This document shows, one piece after another, positions 56,885 through 64,000 of a DNA stretch of 64,000 bases; position 1 is the stretch's first letter; each line of letters starts with the position of its first letter. Below the pieces are notes generated by a model. It searched no databases and was not told where the DNA came from. It saw nothing but the letters and a program-made list of their open reading frames with translations. This DNA comes from Candidatus Sulfobium sp. (lineage in GTDB: Bacteria > Nitrospirota > Thermodesulfovibrionia > Thermodesulfovibrionales > UBA6898). Made by a program: the position numbers and the translations under genes. The stretch spans positions 59,163 through 123,162 of the forward strand of contig JARRRI010000022.1 of assembly GCA_037380845.1 (NCBI GenBank), given 5' to 3'.

Positions 56885-58690
56885 CTATCCCAGGCGCTTT
56901 CTCAACTCCTCAAGCTGTCTGGCCAGTCTTTCCGGCAGCCGCTCACCGAACATAGCGAAATGTCTCTCGATATCGGGCAATTCGGCGACCCAGGCCTCCC
57001 GGTCTATTCTCATCAGCTCCTCCATGTTTTCGGGCGGCACATCAAGCCCCGAAAGGTCCAGGTCACCGTCGTTCGGCAACAGGCCGATCGGCGTCTCCCG
57101 TGCGCCCGCCTTGCCGTCGACCCTCTCGCACATCCATTTCAGGACCCTGCTGTTGTCGCTGAATCCCGGCCACAGGAACGCTCCTTCCGGGCTCTTCCTG
57201 AACCAGTTCACATAAAATATCCTCGGCGCCTTATCGCCGAGCCTGTCGCCCATGTCGAGCCAGTGCCGGAAGTAGTCCCCCATGTGATAGCCGCAGAAGG
57301 GCTTCATGGCGAAGGGGTCGCGGCGCAGGTTGCCGACGGCGCCGATGTTCGCGGAAGTAGTCTCCGAAGCGGATGTCGAGCCGAGGAAGACACCATGGTC
57401 CCAGTCATAAGCCTCGTGTACCAGGGGGACGACACTGGCCCGGCGGCCGCCGAAAATAAAGATGTCTATGGGAACGCCGCCGGGGTTCTCCCAGTCCTTG
57501 CAGATAACGGGACATTGAGAAGCCGGAGCGGTGAAACGCGCATTGGGATGGGCCGCGTCGGCCCTGCTCTGAGGGGTCCAGTCCTTTCCCTTCCAGTCTA
57601 TGAGGTGATCCGGCACGTCGTCGGTCATACCCTCCCACCACACGTCTCCGTCGTCGGTAAGGGCGCAGTTGGTGAAGATGACATTTTCCCTCACCATGTC
57701 CATCGCCACGGGATTCGTGTCATACGATGTGCCGGGAGCAACTCCGAAAAAGCCGTTTTCGGGGTTTATGGCGTGAAGACGGCCGTCCGGGCCGATCTTC
57801 ATCCAGGCTATGTCATCGCCGATGCACTCACATTTCCATCCCGGGATGGTGGGCCTCATCATCGCCAGGTTGGTCTTGCCGCAGGCCGAAGGAAAGGCCG
57901 CTGCGACGTGATACTGCCTGCCTTCGGGGCTGGTGAGGCGCAGGATGAGCATATGCTCGGCCATCCAGCCTTCCCGCTTCGCCATGGCCGATGCGATACG
58001 GAGGGCCAGACATTTCTTGCCCAGAAGGGCGTTCCCGCCGTAACCGGAGCCATAGGACCAGATCAGGTTCTCCTCCGGGAAATGACTGATGTACTTTTTT
58101 TCGATGGGGGCGCAGGGCCACAGCACATCTTCCTGTTCCTCGGTCAGCGGTGCTCCCACAGAATGAAGGCAGGGAATAAACTCCCGGTCCCCGGAGAGCA
58201 TCTCGTAGATCCTCGCGTTCACCCGGGTCATGATGTGCATGTTGCAGACCACATACGGGCTGTCCGTCACCTCGACACCTATCTTCGAAATTGGAGAGCC
58301 GATGGGTCCCATCGAAAACGGGATCACGTACATGGTGCGACCTTTCATGCATCCCTCGTACAACTCCTTCATCGTCTTTTTGAGTTCGCCGGGAGACAGC
58401 CAGTTGTTCGTGGGCCCCGCCTCTTCCCTGCTGGACGTACTGATAAAAGTACGGTCCTCGACGCGGGCCACATCGCTGGGGTCGGACCTGAAGAGAAAAC
58501 TGTTGGGCCTCTTCGCAAGCGCGGTGGAGCCCCCGGCAGCCACCATCTTCGCCATCATCCCCTCGTATTCTTCCCTGCTTCCGTCACACCAGTAAATGCT
58601 GTCGGGCCGGCACATGTCGGCGACTTCCTTGACCCAGTTTTTCAGCTTTTCGTTGTTGACTTTCACCGCTCCTTTGACCAGACTCTGCAT
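56885..58690 (-). CDS. pckG: GTP-dependent phosphoenolpyruvate carboxykinase
   Basis: [48 protein letters not shown] 58690 after GAAGGAG. Confidence 0.97.
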   Translation of the reverse strand: MQSLVKGAVKVNNEKLKNWVKEVADMCRPDSIYWCDGSREEYEGMMAKMVAAGGSTALAKRPNSFLFRSDPSDVARVEDRTFISTSSREEAGPTNNWLSPGELKKTMKELYEGCMKGRTMYVIPFSMGPIGSPISKIGVEVTDSPYVVCNMHIMTRVNARIYEMLSGDREFIPCLHSVGAPLTEEQEDVLWPCAPIEKKYISHFPEENLIWSYGSGYGGNALLGKKCLALRIASAMAKREGWMAEHMLILRLTSPEGRQYHVAAAFPSACGKTNLAMMRPTIPGWKCECIGDDIAWMKIGPDGRLHAINPENGFFGVAPGTSYDTNPVAMDMVRENVIFTNCALTDDGDVWWEGMTDDVPDHLIDWKGKDWTPQSRADAAHPNARFTAPASQCPVICKDWENPGGVPIDIFIFGGRRASVVPLVHEAYDWDHGVFLGSTSASETTSANIGAVGNLRRDPFAMKPFCGYHMGDYFRHWLDMGDRLGDKAPRIFYVNWFRKSPEGAFLWPGFSDNSRVLKWMCERVDGKAGARETPIGLLPNDGDLDLSGLDVPPENMEELMRIDREAWVAELPDIERHFAMFGERLPERLARQLEELRKRLG

Positions 58691-58946
58691 AGGAATTTTC
58701 TCCTTCAAGAACTCTTTTTTTCTCGGCTGCACGACAGTCCCGGAGGACCGTCCGTCCGGTCCTCCACATTGGTTCAATAAGCCTTCGGATACAGGTTATT
58801 TTAGAATAATGTAAAGTGCCCAGTCAAAATAACCGCATTTATCTTCCCGGCCGGGTATGATATAATTTTCTGGGCGCTGAGCAGATGACCGTGGGAGGTT
58901 TTCGGTTTCCGCGGGGAATATTATATAATTAAACTTTGATTAGGCT

Positions 58947-61366
<2,420 letters not shown>

Positions 61367-61580
61367 CGGTCGACATATTATTATTCAGAGCCCGATTTGA
61401 GACGCAGCCGGTTATCGGAAGGTCCGTCCCGGACGCATTTGCGGACTGCCCGGAATTTTCGGGGACTCCTTGGAAGAAGAAGGCCCGTTTCCGGCGGGAT
61501 GAGGAGAATTTTCCGGGGATGACAAATTGTGAGCGCATACACATACACCGACGGGGGTTTGCGTATAAAATATGATCTGC

Positions 61581-61618
61581 GTCACCGGTGATTCCCGTCT
61601 GAGCACTGCGGGAATGAC
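61581..61618. repeat. Truncated family-A REP-like element
   Basis: GATTCCCGTCTGAGCACTGCGGGAATGAC. Confidence 0.65.
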
Positions 61619-61673
61619 AGTTCGGGCAGCATTTACCATGAGACTGTTAATATAATACTCACTGAACTGACCT

Positions 61674-62501
61674 ATGGAAATAACGATTGGCAACAGGATA
61701 ATCGTCGGCCGCGGCCGGCCTCTTGTGATCATTGCCGGACCCTGCGTGATCGAAAATGAGGAGGTGACCTTCTATACGGCGGAAAAACTGAGCGGCATAT
61801 GCTCGGCCGCGGGCCTTCCTCTGATCTTCAAGAGCTCCTTCGACAAGGCTAACCGGACCTCTCTGGACTCTTTCAGAGGACCTGGCATCGAGCGCGGCCT
61901 CAGGATACTGGCCGACGTTAAGCAAAGATTCAACCTCCCCGTGCTGTCGGACATACATTCGGTTGAGGAGGCGGGCCCGGCCTCGGAAGTCCTTGATGTG
62001 CTCCAGGTCCCGGCCTTCCTCTGCCGGCAGACAGACCTGGTAATCGCTGCGGCGCAGACCGGAAGACCGGTAAATGTGAAAAAAGGACAGTTCCTTGCAC
62101 CCTGGGACGTGAGGAACATCGTGGAAAAGTTTCTTTCGACGGGGAACCCGGGTCTGCTCCTTACCGAACGGGGCGCCTCCTTCGGTTATAACAATCTGGT
62201 GGTCGATTTCCGCAGCCTGCCGATTATGCGTTCCTTCGGTCAGCCGGTCATCTTTGATGTGACGCACAGCCTGCAGCTTCCCGGCGGCGACGGGTCCTGC
62301 TCGGGGGGACAGAGGGAATTCGCGGAACCCCTTGCCAGGGCCGCCGTTGCGGTAGGGGTCGAAGGTCTCTTCCTGGAAGTGCATCCGGAGCCGGGGAAGG
62401 CCCTTTGCGACGGACCCAATATGATGGTACTGGATTCCCTGCGGCCCTTCCTGGAGACCGTGAAGGCCTTCCATGAACTGGCGGCCGGGAGGGGGGCATA
62501 A
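61674..62501 (+). CDS. kdsA: KDO 8-phosphate synthase
   Basis: [37 protein letters not shown]. Confidence 0.97.
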   Translation: MEITIGNRIIVGRGRPLVIIAGPCVIENEEVTFYTAEKLSGICSAAGLPLIFKSSFDKANRTSLDSFRGPGIERGLRILADVKQRFNLPVLSDIHSVEEAGPASEVLDVLQVPAFLCRQTDLVIAAAQTGRPVNVKKGQFLAPWDVRNIVEKFLSTGNPGLLLTERGASFGYNNLVVDFRSLPIMRSFGQPVIFDVTHSLQLPGGDGSCSGGQREFAEPLARAAVAVGVEGLFLEVHPEPGKALCDGPNMMVLDSLRPFLETVKAFHELAAGRGA

Positions 62502-62502
62502 C

Positions 62503-63471
62503 ATGGACGACATTCTTGATATAGCAAGGAAGGTCCTCAGGACCGAAGCGGATGCCGTTGCGGGACTGATCGAAAAGCTCGACGGCAGCTTCGAACGGGC
62601 CGTGGAGCTCATTTCCGAAAGCCGGGGCAGGGTGGTGGTGACCGGGATGGGCAAATCGGGCCTGGTAGGGAAGAAAATCGCGGCAACCCTGGCCTCGACA
62701 GGCACTCCTTCCTTCTTCATGCATCCGGCAGAGGCAAGCCACGGAGACCTCGGCATGGTGACGGCCCTTGATGCGATCATCGCCATCTCCAACAGCGGAG
62801 AGACGGAAGAACTCGTCGGACTTATCCCCTTCGTAAAGAGGTTTAATGTCCGGTTGATCGCCCTCACCGGCAATCCGCTTTCCACTATTTCCCGCGCTGC
62901 CGACATAAGCCTCGACGTATCCGTCAGGGAGGAGGCCTGTACCCTGGGTGTCGTGCCGACGGCCTCCACGACCGCGGCCCTGGCGATGGGCGACGCCCTC
63001 GCCGTGGCACTCCTGATCAAGAGGGGGTTCAGGGAAGAAGACTTCGCCTTCTTCCATCCGAGAGGGGCCCTGGGCAAAAAGCTTCTCACCCGGGTGGAGG
63101 ACCTCATGCACAAGGGAGATGCTCTGCCGCTCATATCCGCAGACACACCCATGACCCGGGCCGTTGTCGAGATATCCTCCAAGCGGCTGGGCCTGGCGGT
63201 AGTAGCAGGCGCCGACGGAAAGACGCTCGGTATCATAACCGACGGAGACGTGAGGCGGGGCATAGAAAAGTGGGGCAAGACCTTCTTCGATCTTAATGCG
63301 GAGGACGTCATGTCGAAAAACCCCAAAACCGTCACTGTCCACGAACTTGCCGCAAAGGCCCTGTCGATCATGGAGGAACTCTCCATCACCGCCCTCATCG
63401 TCCCCGACGAACAGGGCTGCGCGACAGGAGTGATCCATATCCACGATATCCTGAGACAGGGGATAGCGTGA
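62503..63471 (+). CDS. kdsD: Arabinose 5-phosphate isomerase (KpsF/GutQ), SIS + CBS
   Basis: GMGKSG, HPAEA.HGDLG, SNSGET, PT.ST, FHP.G.LG. Confidence 0.95.
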   Translation: MDDILDIARKVLRTEADAVAGLIEKLDGSFERAVELISESRGRVVVTGMGKSGLVGKKIAATLASTGTPSFFMHPAEASHGDLGMVTALDAIIAISNSGETEELVGLIPFVKRFNVRLIALTGNPLSTISRAADISLDVSVREEACTLGVVPTASTTAALAMGDALAVALLIKRGFREEDFAFFHPRGALGKKLLTRVEDLMHKGDALPLISADTPMTRAVVEISSKRLGLAVVAGADGKTLGIITDGDVRRGIEKWGKTFFDLNAEDVMSKNPKTVTVHELAAKALSIMEELSITALIVPDEQGCATGVIHIHDILRQGIA

Positions 63472-64000
63472 GTTTGAAAAGACGGAACCGGGCCGGCATT
63501 TCCGCGGCGGAGGCTGCGGTCAGGACCAGGCTCCTTATTCTCGACGTGGACGGTGTTCTCACGGACGGCAGCATCATCCTGGACAACGAGGGCAACGAGT
63601 ACAAGTCCTTCCATGTGCGGGACGGCCACGGCATCAAGATGCTTCTTCACGCCGGGATACGGGTGGCCATCATCACCGGCCGTTTTTCGAAGGTCGTTGA
63701 GCGGAGGGCCAAAGAGCTCGGCATCACCGAGGTACATCAGAAATGCATGGACAAACGGGCTGTTTACACCGCCCTTGCCGAAAAATATGCCTTGTCTGAC
63801 GAGGAGATAGCCTATATGGGAGACGACATTGTCGACGCCCCGGTCATGGAGACGGCCGGCCTGCCGATTGCCGTCGACGACGCCGATGAGGAGGTAAAGA
63901 AATACGCGCTGCACGTTACACACAACAAGGGCGGCAGAGGAGCAGTGAGGGAGGTAAGCGACCTTATCCTGAAGTCCAGGGGCCTCTGGGAGGGGATTGT
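63468..64000 (+). CDS. kdsC: KDO 8-phosphate phosphatase (partial, runs off the window)
   Basis: GTGA overlap with kdsD; LDVDGVLTDG, F.VRDG.G, ITGR, GDD..D, GGRGAVREV. Confidence 0.93.
   Translation, partial: MSLKRRNRAGISAAEAAVRTRLLILDVDGVLTDGSIILDNEGNEYKSFHVRDGHGIKMLLHAGIRVAIITGRFSKVVERRAKELGITEVHQKCMDKRAVYTALAEKYALSDEEIAYMGDDIVDAPVMETAGLPIAVDDADEEVKKYALHVTHNKGGRGAVREVSDLILKSRGLWEGI

Noticed and set aside
56792..58780. 662-aa plus-strand ORF
   Set aside because: Antisense shadow of pckG with no motifs; typical of GC-rich coding DNA
61659..63923. 754-aa minus-strand ORF
   Set aside because: Antisense shadow of kdsA-kdsD-kdsC

Overview
GC-rich bacterial chromosomal window. The kds/LPS genes indicate a Gram-negative cell, and gene content suggests an anaerobe resembling Nitrospirota or deltaproteobacteria (inference only). 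Housekeeping genes lie at both ends (trpF, trpB2, cysK; serS, trpS, pckG, kdsB-pyrG-kdsA-kdsD-kdsC), with an accessory-rich middle. Highlights: (1) A six-gene corrinoid methyl-transfer cassette (corrinoid protein, MtaA/URO-D methyltransferase, CobW-type GTPase plus a small partner, MtrH/MtgA-like methyltransferase, RamA-type activator). It has a divergent HTH-MEDS (DcmR-like) regulator, a 10-bp-phased operator-like array, and is bracketed by a decayed second copy of the acuC 5' end. (2) A DUF2892/YgaP-like small membrane gene, missed by the ORF track, with an in-frame TGA at the conserved Cys and a SECIS-like hairpin: a candidate selenoprotein. (3) A RAYT-like Y1 transposase bounded by terminal inverted repeats, plus several families of palindromic repeats, one of them inserted in frame in an ABC ATPase. 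(4) A tandem kinase/pseudokinase-like gene behind pckG. (5) Several frameshifts and internal deletions that may be gene decay or assembly error. No rRNA, tRNA or CRISPR array was recognised. All calls come from reading motifs by eye; no database searches were run.
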